From Mobula hypostoma (taxonomy: Eukaryota), in NCBI RefSeq assembly GCF_963921235.1, contig NC_086097.1:164364001-164428000 (forward strand): a DNA stretch of 64,000 bases. The letters are read 5' to 3'. Positions 25,222 to 38,064 of the stretch are shown piece by piece. The position numbers were made by a program, and so were the translations under genes. How positions within the stretch are numbered: position 1 is the stretch's first letter; every line of letters starts with the position of its first letter. The notes below the pieces were generated by a model that was not told the origin of the DNA, ran no database searches, and worked only from the letters and a program-made list of their open reading frames with translations.

Positions 25222-26028
25222 GAAATAAGAGAAAATCTGCAGATGCTGGAAATCCAAGCAACACACACAAAATGCTGCAGGAACTCAAAAGGCCAGGTAG
25301 CATCTACGGAAAAAAGTACAGTCAACGTTTCGAGTCGAGACCCTTCGGCAGGACTGGAGAAAGAAAATGAGGAGTAGATTTAAAAAGTGGGGGGAGGGGA
25401 GAGAGAACCACTAGGTGACAGGTGAAACCAGGAGGGGGAAGGATGAAGTAAAGAGCTGGGAAGTTAATTGATGAAAGAGATACCACTGTGTCCGGTGCTC
25501 CCGGTGTGGCCTCCTGTATATTGGTGACACCCGACGTAGATTGGGAGACCACTTTGCCGAGCACCTACACATGCACCAGAAGAAGTGAGATGTCCCAATA
25601 GCCACCCATTTTAATTCCATTTCCCATTCCCTTTCCGGTATGTCAATCCATTGCCTCTTCTACTGTCACGATGAGACCACACTCAGGTTGGAGGAGCAAC
25701 ACCTGATATTCTGTCTGGGTAGCCTCCAATCTGATGGCATGAACACCGATTCCTCGAACTTCTGGTAATGCCCACCCTCTCACCCCTTCCTCACCATTCT
25801 CTCACCTTATCTCCTTGCCTACCCATTGCTACCCCTTTTCTTTCCTCCATGGCTTTCTGTCCTCTTCAATCAGACTCTTCCTTTTCCTGCCCTGTATCTT
25901 TTTCACCAATCAACTTCCCAGCTCTTTACTTGACCAATCCCCCAGTTTCACCTATCACCTAGTGTTTCTCTCTCCCCTTCCCCACCTTTTAAATCTACTC
26001 CTCATTTTTTTTCTCCAGTCCTGCCGAA
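25222..26028. mobile_element. Penelope-like element with inverted 5' copy of its 3' terminus
   Basis: About 25222-25485 is the minus-orientation 3' end; about 25486-26028 is the plus-orientation GIY-YIG C-terminus and 3' UTR. Both arms carry the same core variant ctgccgaag. Confidence 0.85.
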
Positions 26029-27149
26029 GCACAGATCTTTGCATTAGAGTAAATCACAATAGTCTTTTATCCAAGAGTGCATTCCACTTCCTCTGTAACA
26101 CAGTGGTGACCAATACACAAAATGATTGATAAAAGTATTAGGTCTAATGAATAAATAAAGAACCTGCATCCTTCTAGCACTCTCCATGTCCTTTTCAGGA
26201 AATGTCCTAATAGGTAATGGAATGCTTTGAAGTGTGGTTATTGTTATAAACTAAGAAATGACAGAGAAAATGGTTGCCAGAGTGATAATGACAAAGCTAT
26301 TGAGTATGAACAGTGTTGAGTGAGAACTAAACATTGACCAAGAGGGTGAGGTTACCTTCCAGATACTTTATAACAATGCACTACAAATAGTTGCATTGCT
26401 GTGGAAAAGCAATAGGAGTTTAATACCCCATTTGAAAGATGGCACCTCTGTCACTACTGTGTACTCTCAGTCCTGCATGGCAGTGCTAGCCTAGTCTTTT
26501 TCCTGTGTTGATTCACCCTGAAGCCAATGTCATTTCCCCACCACAGTTTGTGCAGGTAATTATGTCATTTTATTCCCAGAATGGCAGATAATGCATCAAA
26601 ATGTTGTGATTAATAGCGTGTTCAATGAACACACATTTCAACAATGCTGAAGACAGTGGAACCTGTATGATGTGAAATATTCCTCAGAGGTATCATTTTC
26701 ATGTTGAAAATCATCTCTTGTAATTTTTATTTCTATGAAACTTCATTGCCGGCAAACCTTGGAACAGGTTGAGAATTCTATTGCATCACAAAGCTGGGGC
26801 TGAGGCTGAAGCCTCCTCTCATTAAACCAACCGTGCCCCTCAACCTCTTATATTCCACCCTCCTGTTCCTATTAGTTTCTGTTGCCCCTCCACTCAAACC
26901 TTTGAACATACCTCCATTTTAGCTTCATGGAGAGGTGACTTTTACAGCACTGATCCAGTTACCTTGAATCAGAGTTTGTTTTCTGCTGTTGTGTTTGCTG
27001 CCTACCTAATAAGCAACAGTATGTGTGAAACAGATTGGGATTTATATTCCTTAAAAGGGATAAATCAGAACACCACTATCTCAAGGCAGATGTCCCAGTT
27101 TTATAGTTGCTTTTGATGACATCCAATTTGGCATTTAAACCCACAGCAC

Positions 27150-28320
27150 ACATCTAGAGCAAGAAAAATGAGTAAAATCCAATTTCCAGGCCATTGCTTC
27201 CATAATTAAAATTAATAAGAAGCAGAGGAACTTTTAGAGAGATGAAGGATGAGGGGCCTCGGCCTGAACTATGCTGGGACCAGGGTTTGGTGAATTGCAA
27301 TACTAGAACTGTAGAAACTAAATAGTAGGGAGGGAGTGAGTTCAACAGCTTGGAAAAGTATAGATAAAGTAAAAGGAAAGGAGAGTACCGGAGAGGTTAT
27401 GGAAGTCCAAAGAATTTTTTTAAAAAGTGAGACAAAAAGTTTAGGAAGGGATAAGAATTTAACTTCAGGCAACATAGAGACAAATTGAAAAGGGTGGTGG
27501 ATACAGGACTGCAGGTGTTATAATTGAATGTACACAGTGTATGTAATAAGGTAGATGACCTTACAGTGCAATTAGAAATTGGCAGGTAAGACATCGTAGG
27601 CATCACTGTGTCATGGCTGAAGCTTAACATCCAAAATACACATCATACCAAATGGACTAGTAGGCAGGCAGATAGTGTGAGATAGATCTAAAATAAAAGA
27701 AATTAAAACAAATCCTTTGAAAGAAGAGTTCAGAAGATGTAGAATCCTTGTGCAAAGAGTTAAGAAACTGCAAGGATAAAAGAAAACCTTGATGGGCGTT
27801 ACATACAGACCTACAAACAATAGACAGGATCTGGGGTGTAAATTACAACAAGAGATAAAAAAAAGGCATGTAAAAAAGACAATGTTATGATGGTCATGGG
27901 GGATTTTAATATGCAGGTAGATTGGGAAAATCAGTTTGGTGCTGGATCTCAAGAGAAGGGATTAGTAGTTGCCTACGAGATGCTTTTTAGAGCAGCTTGT
28001 GGTCAATCCCACTCGGGTAAAGGCAATTCTATGTTGGGTGTTGTGTAATGAAACAGATTTGATTAGGGAATTTATAGTAAAGGACCTTTAGAAGGCAGTG
28101 ATCACAACATGAGAGAATTCATCCTGCAGTTTGAGAGGGAGAAGTTAAAGTCAGATGCATCAGTATTACATTGGAGCAAAAGGATCTACAGAGGCATGAC
28201 GGAGGATCTGGCCAAAGTTAATTGAAAGGAGACACTAGCAGGGATGATGGTAACGGCTGGATTCAGAAGGGCACAAGATTGATACTTTACATTTCAAAGA
28301 AGAAATATACTAGAAAAAGC
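27150..28320 (+). mobile_element. CR1 LINE fragment (ORF1 end and ORF2 endonuclease)
   Basis: Decayed APE motifs: VMGDFNMQVDW and GSDHN. Confidence 0.75.
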
Positions 28321-28329
28321 CTCCAGAAA

Positions 28330-30095
28330 AGAATCAGAGTCAGAATCAGGTTTATTATCACCGACGTGTGACGTGAAACTTTTTAACTTAGCAGCAGTTC
28401 AATGCAATACATAATATAGAAGGGAAAACAATAAATAAAATAAAAATAATAATAATAAATAAATAAATTACAGCATATGTATATTGTATAGATTTCAAGG
28501 GTTCAATGTCCATTTAGAAATCAGATGCCAGAGAGGACGAAGCTGTTCCTGAATCTCTGAGTGTGTGCCTTCAGGCTTCTGTACCTCCTACCTGATGTTA
28601 ACAGTGAGAAAAGAGCATGCCTGAAGATGTCCTGGCTACTTTGTAGGCTAGTACCCGAGATGGAGCTGACTAGATTTACAACACTCTGCAGCTTCTTTAG
28701 GTTCTGTGCAGTAACCCCTCCATACCAGACAGTGATGCAACCTGTCAGAATGCTCTCTACGGTACATTGAGAGAAGTTTTTGAGTGTATTTGTTGACATG
28801 CCAAATTTCTTCAAACTCTTAATAAAGTATAGCTGCTGTCTTGCCTTTTTTATGACTACATCAATATGTTGGGACCAGGTTAGATCCTCAGATCTTGAAA
28901 CCCAGGAACTTGAAGCTGCTCACTCTCTCCACTTCTGATCCCTCTATGAGGATTGGTATGTGCTCCTTCGTCTTACCCTTCCTGAAGTCCACAATCAGCT
29001 CTTTCGTCTTACTGATGTTGAGTGCCAGGTTGTTGCTGCGGCACCATTCCACTAGTTGGCATATCTCACTCCTGTACGTCCTCTCGTCTCCATCTAAGAT
29101 TCTAACAACAATGGTTGTATCATCAGCAAACTTATAGATGGTAATTGAGCTATGCCTAGTCACACAGTCATGTGTATACAGAGAGTAGAGCAGTGGGCTA
29201 AGCACACACCCTTGAAGTACGCCAGTGTAGATCCTCAGCGAGGAAAATATGTTATCACCAATCCACACAGACTATGGTCTTCTGGTTAGGAAGTTGAGGA
29301 TCCAATTGCAGAGGGGAGTACAGAGGCCCAGGTTCTGCAACTTCTCAATCAGGATTGTGGGAATGATGGAATTAAGTGCTGAGCTATAGTCGATGAACAG
29401 CAGCCTGACATCGGTGTTTGTGTTGTCCAGGTGGTCTAAAGCCATGTGGAGAGCCATTGAGATTGTGTCTGCCATGACCTATTGTGGCGATAGGTAAATT
29501 GCATTGGGTCCGGGTCTTTGCTGAGGCAGGAGTTCAGTCTAGTCATGACCAACCTCTCAAAGCATTTCATCACTGCCGATGTGAGTGATACTGGGCAATA
29601 GTCATTAAGGCAGCCAACATTATTCTTCTTGGGCACTGGTATAATTGTTGCCTTTTTGAAGCAAGTGGGAACTTCCACCCATAACAGTGAGAGGTTGGGA
29701 GTGTCCTTGAATACGCCCGCCAGCTGGTTGACTCAGGTTTTCAGAGCCTTACCAGGTACTCCATCTGGACCTTCTGCCTTGCGAGGGTTCACTCTCTTTA
29801 AAGACAGGCTAACATCGGCTTCTGAGACAGAGATCACAGGGTCATCAGGTGTAGCAGGGATCTTCACAGCTGTAGTTGTGTTCTCCCTTTCAAAGCTTGC
29901 ATAGAAGGTGTTGAGTTCAGCTGGTAGTGAAGCATCGCATCATTCATGCTATTGGGTTTCGCTTTGTAGGAAGTAATGTCTTCCAGAATTGCCGTGCATC
30001 CGATGTCGCCTCCAACCCTGTTCAAAAATGTCTCTTCACCCTTGAAATAGCCCTCCACATATCATACCTGGTTTTCTGGTACAGGCCTGGGTCAC
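28330..30095 (-). mobile_element. Rex1/Babar LINE (RT and 3' end)
   Basis: QGCVLSPLLYSLYTHDC, YKFADDTT and KTKELIVDFRK; (attctg)n tail. Confidence 0.92.
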
Positions 30096-30907
30096 CAGAT
30101 AGATAGATAAGTAGACATATAGATACACACACACACACACACACAGTATACAATATAATTGCAAATATTATATAAACATCCACAGCCTAGCAAATTTAAA
30201 ATTCTTCCATTCAGGCCTGAAGTTTTAATCACTGCAGAGGATTTCTTACTCTTGTGGGAAACCATATTTATGGTGAGAAACACTTTGACCTCTTCTTCCA
30301 TTTCCATCTGTAGGTAGGCCTTAGCTACTGCAAGTCCACTTTGCTGAAGTGTTTCCCTCCAGAAAGCTTTGCAAAGATATTCTCTGTCCTGGGCAAAGGG
30401 ATTGATCTACTTTCAGTACTGGTTTGATGGTGACCTTAAATTCACCACAGACCATCTCCATTCAACCTTGCAAAGAATTCCTTCAGCCTCCATATGAATG
30501 AGCTCACTGGCGACTTTATCACAGATGGTATAAGGAACTGGAAAGGCTTAGTAAAACATGGGTGCAGCATTTTCTTTTAACGCTACTTTACCTCAGATAT
30601 GTTGCCATCCTTAAACACTGCTGTGGCATCATCCAGTGCCTTTCTCAATTCACTTTCAAATTGATTCTGTTACAGGAGATGCAGCATTCAGATAGTGGAT
30701 GGATCTCCAGTCAAGTTGTAGTTGTTTCAGCCAACCACACGCCCACAATGTTTGTCCTCCGTTTTTACCACCTGCAAGCCCAATATGGCTTGTTGTATTT
30801 CACTGTTACAAATGTCATTCCCACAGGCGTTATCTTTTCTACAGTAAAAGTTCTTAGATGGATATCTGCTAATTTTCTTTGAAAAGCTGTTCAAACTCAT
30901 TTTGTGG

Positions 30908-31033
30908 TCCTGATGAAGGGTTTTGGCCCAAAGTGTCGACTGTTTGCTCTTCCCCATAGATACAGCCTGCGCTCCTCCAGCATTTTTTGTGTGTTGCTTT
31001 GATTTTCAGCATCTGCAGATTTTCTCATTTGTT
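30908..31033 (+). mobile_element. Short PLE 3' terminus beginning at a decayed hammerhead core
   Basis: 9-bp TSD attttgtgg at 30899-30907 and 31034-31042; starts tcctgatgaaggg. Confidence 0.8.
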
Positions 31034-31384
31034 ATTTTGTGGAATGACTAAAACAGCAGAGCCAGTGTCCAATTCCCATTCATTTCTGGTGTAAGCCATA
31101 TTGCTTGTCTGTTGCTAGTTTTCACACTGTAAATCTCAAGGCTACACAATCCTGTGTCACTCTCATCACTATCTGACTTTTCATCAACAACATGTGGAGT
31201 AATGCTCATTTTGAAACTCTAACATGACATTTTTCAATCAAGTTATTTTTGTCTGCCCAACATGCTCTTTAGATGTATCCTACTTCGTGCATTTTCTACA
31301 AGATTTACCTTTAGCTGGTTCAGCACCACAATGTTGTGTTGAACCAGCTAAAAAGCAAATCAAAAGAACCCAAACACTAATTCC

Positions 31385-34050
31385 TGTTACCTACACCATG
31401 TCTATAACCCTCCATCTTCCTTACATCCATGTGCCAAATCCAAAGTGTCTCTTAAAAGCCTCTAATGTATTTCCCTCTACCACCATACTAGACAGTGCAT
31501 TCCAGGCATCCACCACTCTCCGAGTGGAAAACTTACCCTCAAATCCCCCTTGAACCTTCAAAGCATGCCTTCTGGTATTAGACATTTCAACCCTGGGAAA
31601 CAGAAACACTCTATCCACTCTATCTATGCCTCTCTTAATCTTTGTAAACCTCTATCAGATCTCCCCTCATCCTCCGACGATCCAGAGAAAACAACCCAAG
31701 TTTATCCAGCCTATTGTGATAGCACATGCCCTCTAACCCAAGCAGCATCCTAGTAAACCTCTTCTGCACCCTCTCCAAAGCCTAAACATCTTTCCTTTCG
31801 TGGGGTGACCAGAACTGTACACAATACTCCAGATGTAGTCTAAGCAGAGTTTTATAAAGTTGCAACATAACATTCTGACCTTTGAACTCAATGCCTTGAC
31901 TAATAAAAGCAAGCATTCCATAGGTCTTCTTAACTATGTTATCGACCTGTGTAGCCACTTTCAAGGAACTACGAACTTGGATTCCAAGATCTCTCTATTC
32001 AGCAACACTGTTAAAGATCTTGCCCTTAACAGTGTACTGTCTCCTTGTACTCCTCTGAGATTTTGCATGCAGCTAGAGGGGACACAACGATACTGGTCAA
32101 GGACCCAGCAATTTTGTCTCTCACCTCCTTCAATAACTTGTGGTATATTCCATCAGGCCCCATGGGCTTATTCTCTTAATACTCATTACAAGGCCCAAGA
32201 CTTCCTCCTCCTTGTTCTCTAAATGTCCTAACATATTTATACACTCAGCACTGATCTCTTGATCCTCCATATCCTTTCCTTGGTAAATACTGAAGCAAAG
32301 TACTCATTAAGTACCCAAACTCACATTCTCTGCATCTAAGCAAATATAGCCCCCTTTATCCTTGAGTGGTCCCAGCCTCTCCCAAGTTATCCTCTTACTC
32401 TCGATGTATGTATAGAGTGCCATGGAATTCACCTTAATCCTACTTGCCAAAAACTTTTCATGGCCCCTCCTGGCTTTCCTAATTCCCTTCTTTAGTTCTT
32501 TCCTGACTTCTTTATACTGCTCATGTGCTTCATTTGATCCTAACTACCGAAGATTTACACACTTTTCCTTTTCCTTCTTAACTAAATTCATCACCTCTGG
32601 ATATCCAAGATTCTCTTATTTTTCCAACCCCTTCTAACAGGAACATACCTTTCCTGTACTCTGTGCAATTGATCTTTAAACATATCTGATGTGGTCTTGC
32701 CAGAGAAAAGGTGTTCCTAATTAATACTTCTTAGTTCCTGCCCAATGCACTCGTAAGTTGCACTACTCCAATTTAAAACTCTTCCACAAAGACCATACCT
32801 ATCCTTATCTGTAGCTATCCTGAAAGTTAAGGGGTTACGGTCACTGTTCCCTAACAGGTCACCCATTGAAAGGGCATTCACCTGCCCATGTTCATTACCT
32901 GACAAAAAGTCCAGTACAGCCCTTCCTCTCGTTGGGCTGTCCATACACTGGTTTAAGAAATCTTCTTGGATACACTTAACGAAATCAGCCCCATCTAAAC
33001 CCTTTACACTAAGCAGGTCCCAATTTATATTAGGGAAGTTGAAATCCCCTATGACTACAACCCTATTATTCTTACACATTTCCTTAAACTGATTATATAT
33101 CTGCTCCTCAATAGCCCACTGGCTGTTAGGTGGTCTGCAATACAAACCTACCTGTGTGATTGCACCCTTCCTATTCCTGAATTCCACACAAATTGACTCT
33201 GAGCCTGATCTCTCCATTACGTCTTCACTGAATGAAACTGTGATGTTGTTCCTGATTAGTAGTGCAACTCCAATCCCTTTTTTACTTCCTCCTCTATCTT
33301 TTCTAAAACTTCAAAAATCTGGTACATTAATCACCTTTTCTGCCCCTCTCTCAACCAAGGTTCAGTAATGGCTAGAGCATCGTAGTTACATGTACTGATC
33401 CACGCTCTAAGTTCATCACCCTTCGCCATTATAATCCTAGCATTAACATATACACACCTCAAACTATCTGACCCATCATACCTGTTATTTCGATTTTACC
33501 TTTCAATACCTTCCCTGAAATCTACATTCTGCTCCAATCCTTCCCCGCTGATCTGCAGCCCTGGTTCCCAACCCCTGCAAAACTAGTTTAAACTCTCCCA
33601 AGTAGTATTAGCTAATCTAACAACCAGGGTATTGGTTCTCTTCCAGTTCAGGTGTAACCCATTCCTCTTGTGCAGGTTACCCTTTCCCCAGAAAAGTTTC
33701 CCATGATCCAAGAACTTGAAACCCTCTCCCCTGCACCATCTCCACAGCCACTCATTCATCGATGCTATCACCCCATTCCAACCTGCAGTCGTCTGTGATA
33801 CAGGGAGTGATCTGGAAATTACAAACATGGAGGTCGTTCTCCTCAGATTCTTTCCTAACTTTCTATATACTCACTGTGTAGGACCTCTTCCCCTTTTCTG
33901 CCCATGTCATTGGTGTCATTATGCACCAGGACCTCTGGCTGCTCCCCCTCCCCTTTGAGAATATCCTGCAGCCACTCCAATACACCCGGGAGGCAACACA
34001 CTATCTTGGTGTCTTTTGAAGCCACAGAATCTCCTTTCTGTCTCCTAACA
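31385..34050 (-). mobile_element. CR1 LINE with internal deletion (ORF1 esterase-like, endonuclease, 3' end)
   Basis: MNEWLWRWCRGEGFKFLDH, VVVIGDFNFPNINW and LEYCVQFWSP. Confidence 0.88.
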
Positions 34051-36202
34051 CCCTTTCATTCCTGACTGCAACTCACTTGCGTATTTGACTGCTGTTTCCA
34101 TTTATACAGCGATTTCAACTGCTCCTTTAAATGTGAGTTGTGCTTCAGTGAGTAGCCATTTTGAAAGCGTTCTTGTAATATGTCATAAACTAAATGATCT
34201 CTCAGTGCATCACTAAGCCCATTACTGAAATAACAATGCTCAGACAATCTCTTCAATTCAGCCATGTACACTGAAATGGACTTCCTCTCTTTTTGATTCC
34301 ATTTATGAAACCTAAAGCATTCTGCAATCAACAATGGTTTCATTTCAAAATGTTCCTGCATTATTTTCATGATATCAGCAAAACTCATTTTGGCTGGTTT
34401 AGTTGGAGCAGCTAAACTACTAAGCAAATTGTATGCTCATTCACCTAACGCACTCCACATAATTGGAACCCACTTTGCATTAGCTGTTTCATTTGCTTCA
34501 AAATACTGCTCAATTCATTTCATATACAATATCCATTTATCTGTTGTGTTATGAGGCTATCTTTCCAAAGTAAACAGCTACTTCTGCTTTATTTATTTAT
34601 TATTATTATCACCTAGTAATCACTGTTCATGAATTCACCCATTTTCAGCATTTTTTTTAAACTCCCAAAGAAGCAATTGCTATGCTGGTTTTTTACTTGA
34701 TCATTTCTCACTGTGATTTTTTAAAACTTGAACATCTTGCTATAATTCTATATGTAGTTAGTCAGCTCAGATCTGTCTAAAACTTCCACATTGCCACTCT
34801 TATGTCTTGTAACTCCAAAACATAACACTATTCAAAAGAAAAAAATGGGAACCCAGGAGAACTTGGATGTTTCGTTCTTACTTTTCGTAAAAGCGAATTT
34901 ATGATGTGGTGACATGATAATGTTTGCCATTCACGTACTTTTACATGTAACCCATAATGAATTATATAAAGAACAAACAATGCTTAATCAAACAATTCAT
35001 TTACAATATTACTCAAATATTACTGAAATATTAAATATACAATAGAGCCAACACAGCTTCAATTATTGAATGGCCTATTAGGATATGTGAAACCCTGTCC
35101 CATACAAATTTATAAATGACAGGTGCTTCTATAAAGGATAAAGATGCCCGCTTTGTGGCTTTTAAGGATAACAAATGAAGCTTTCTTTAAGCAATCACTT
35201 TAAGGTTAATGTCCTTTCCCTTGTAAGATCGTCAAACAACAAAAAAGGGTAAAAACATGTTTCTCTCTCTTGGATATTTCTTACTATACATTGCTTCAGC
35301 TTTTCTCTTGCTTCCAACTTCGCACAGTCTGTCAACACACAGATGGTTTCTCATCTCCTCTAAATTAATCGTTTGGACTCCTGTGTAACTACATTGATGG
35401 ATTGAACTGTCAGAAAACATGTTAGTAGATCTGCAAACAGTGTGTTTATTGGGTCCAACAGCAGGCATGCGACAATTGTACTTGCCACAGCAATAAAATA
35501 ACAGTAGTAAAGTCTTCAGTGTACTTCGTCACAAAGATAGTTTTTGACATTGATCAAAAACCTGTTAATAATGACACATTAGTTGCTTGAACCCTGCTAC
35601 CTAATTTAGTGAAGCAGCATTGGACACCCACCACTCCTCTCCACCCACCCCACCCCCCCCCCCACATCAACATTGCACTCCACTTAGAGACTGCTATTAT
35701 TAGTGATAGATCATAAAATAGAAATCTAATAATCTGTTACTCAATTATTCAGAAATCCAGTGGTTGGGCATTTGGGGCACCAGGGTAGGGTTCCACTAAA
35801 CACAATAGGGTTCAGTGCCCCTGCTTTTAAACTCAGTGTAGCCCTGTTTTCTCTGGTGCCTTTGAACTCAAAGTATTTTGCTTCCTATGCTCCCTTTAAA
35901 CTCACTGGGACTCCGTTTACAACATTTCTTTTAAGCTCATCTGGATCACTTGAGAACCTATTATACGATAGTGCAACATCTATAAAGGTAAATTAAAATA
36001 TGTTGAAATGTCATTAGGAGTAATATTCCATAGTCTGGAACCTACAATTCAGTAGCACTAAAGTTCCAAAGGTGTTGGATTAATGGTGCTCCAATCTTTC
36101 CCTTTTCTTATGTTCTACTTTCTGTCAGAATCTTGTTTGATTTGTTAAGCCAACTATAAAATCCCCAACCCAAAGTTCTTATTAGGGCAGTTGTACACAG
36201 TG

Positions 36203-36420
36203 ACACGCACAAACTGCTGGAGGAACTCAACAGGCCAAGCCAGATTTACGGGAGAGTATACAGTCGACGTTTTGGGCCGAGACCCATCCTACCAAAGGGT
36301 CGCAGCCTGAAACGTCGACTGTACTTTTTTCCATAGATGCTGCCTGGCCTGCTGAGTTCCTCCAGCATTTTGTGTATATTGCTTTGATTCCCAGCGTCTG
36401 TAGAATTTCTTTTGTTTGTG
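36203..36420. mobile_element. Palindromic Penelope-derived mini-element
   Basis: Exact 14-bp TSD agttgtacacagtg at 36189-36202 and 36421-36434. The inverted arms meet in truncated hammerhead halves. Confidence 0.88.
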
Positions 36421-37061
36421 AGTTGTACACAGTGGGCTGCTTCTAGATTAATTTAGAACATAGAACAATACAGCATAGTACTCTGCTATTGTTGTATCTT
36501 GTACTACTTTAATGCATTGTTGTATCTATTGATCTATAGGAACTGTATGCAAGACAAATGATTCACTGTATCTCAGTACATGTGGTTTTAAGAAATCAAT
36601 TTGCCAATTTAATTTGAGCTCATCCTACTTCAGGAAGAACAAGGGACAGGGATCAAATTTCTCATGTTTGTTGTGCTTTTCCTCACAACGCAGACCTCAC
36701 GAAGGAACCCTTAAAAATCACAATATGGCCAGAGCAAATTAAATCTATAGCTGGAGCATTCTCTCCCTGGGACAGAGGAACGTGCAGAGGCTTCTGAAAA
36801 ACACTGCGGGCAGAAGGCAGTATCCTTATGTGAAGGGCACAGATGGCAGGAGGCTGCCTGGAAGTATCTTCTATGAATGATGGCACTTTTGGGTTCCTTA
36901 CAATTTGAATTCAAAAGCTGCATTGACCAAAAGTCATAGGGTTCCAACATGAAAGTAATACCGCACAGGAAAAGGCCCTTTCACCCAACCCATCTATGCT
37001 GACAAGATGCTGATCTAAACTAGTACCATTTGCCCATGTTGGTCTATATCCCTCTAAATTG

Positions 37062-37624
37062 CAGACATCCCACCTCTCCCAGAAGTTCCGGGAGTCTCCT
37101 GCATATTAATAGTGGCTCCCTGATGCCCGCAAATTATCTACAATGTCCCAGAAATTGATTTTTTTGAGAGCGAGCGTGAGAGAACGCGCGAGAAAGAGTG
37201 AGAGTGCAAGCGCAAGAGCGAGAAAGCAAGCGCGCGTGAGAGAGCGACCACAAGAGAGAGAGAGCAAGAGCAAGAGCGAGAGAGTTCCAAAAAAAGAAAA
37301 AGTAAAACTTACGTCACCCCAGACTACCCTAAAGTGTACCCCTGCCTAATAAGGGTCAAAATAATGACAGTGTTGCTCGCTGCACTGTTTGGAACAGTGA
37401 CTTTTCTATTGCCCATGGTGGGTTAAAATGTAAAAGACATGTTGAGGTGAGTTTAACAGCTGTCATTTGTTCATTAGCATAGCTAACATTATTTAAACTA
37501 GCTGGCTAGCTGCTAAGGAGCTACTCTATTGCAGACATCCCACCTCTCCCGGAAGTTCCAGGAGTCTCCCACATATTGATGATGCTACCTCCCTGAAATG
37601 AGTGTTTGCAGGGTGGGATGTCTG
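37062..37624. mobile_element. Non-autonomous DNA transposon (MITE) with internally duplicated left end
   Basis: TIR cagacatcccac / gtgggatgtctg; a second copy of the left end at about 37532; GA-rich core; inserted in a CR1 tail. Confidence 0.75.
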
Positions 37625-38064
37625 AACTTGTTCTTATCCTTTCCAAACATCTACTCAACGTAGATATTGTATCTGCCTCAATCTCTCCCTTAGCGGCTAT
37701 TTTCAAATAGAGAACACGTATCACTGTAAGACAAATATGGTGCAAGATCTCATCAGAAGTGATTTTGAGTCTTGCACTAAAATTGACATTGCTTAAGCAA
37801 GATGACTACCAGAATTCATTAAGTGCCTTCCAAAATTCCATACATTATGAATGACTGGCATCAGATTAATCCTAATCAGTTACAAACACCTCCTCAAAAA
37901 CTTTTACAAGATTTTGTAATACAGTTTAATTACATGAAAACAGGCCTTTGGGCCTAACCCATCCATGCCAACCAAAGTGTGCTCCTGGTTTAGTCCCTTT
38001 TGTCTGTATTTGGCTCATATTCTTCTAAACCTTTCTTATCCATGAGTATTTTAAATATCCTAAC

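Larger units (their letters stand above)
30150..35044 (-). mobile_element. Decayed Gypsy LTR retrotransposon (5' LTR, gag, protease, start of RT), split by CR1 and PLE insertions
   Basis: LTR about 34798-35044 followed by a tggc PBS-like site; gag ORF 34056-34427; protease LDTG near 31060; RT motifs CGEFKVTI...LSGGKHFSKVDLQ*LRPTY/YLQMEMEEE at 30290-30455. Confidence 0.85.

Noticed and set aside
37143..37349. Arg/Glu-rich 68-aa ORF
   Set aside because: It is a translation of the GA-rich low-complexity core of a MITE.
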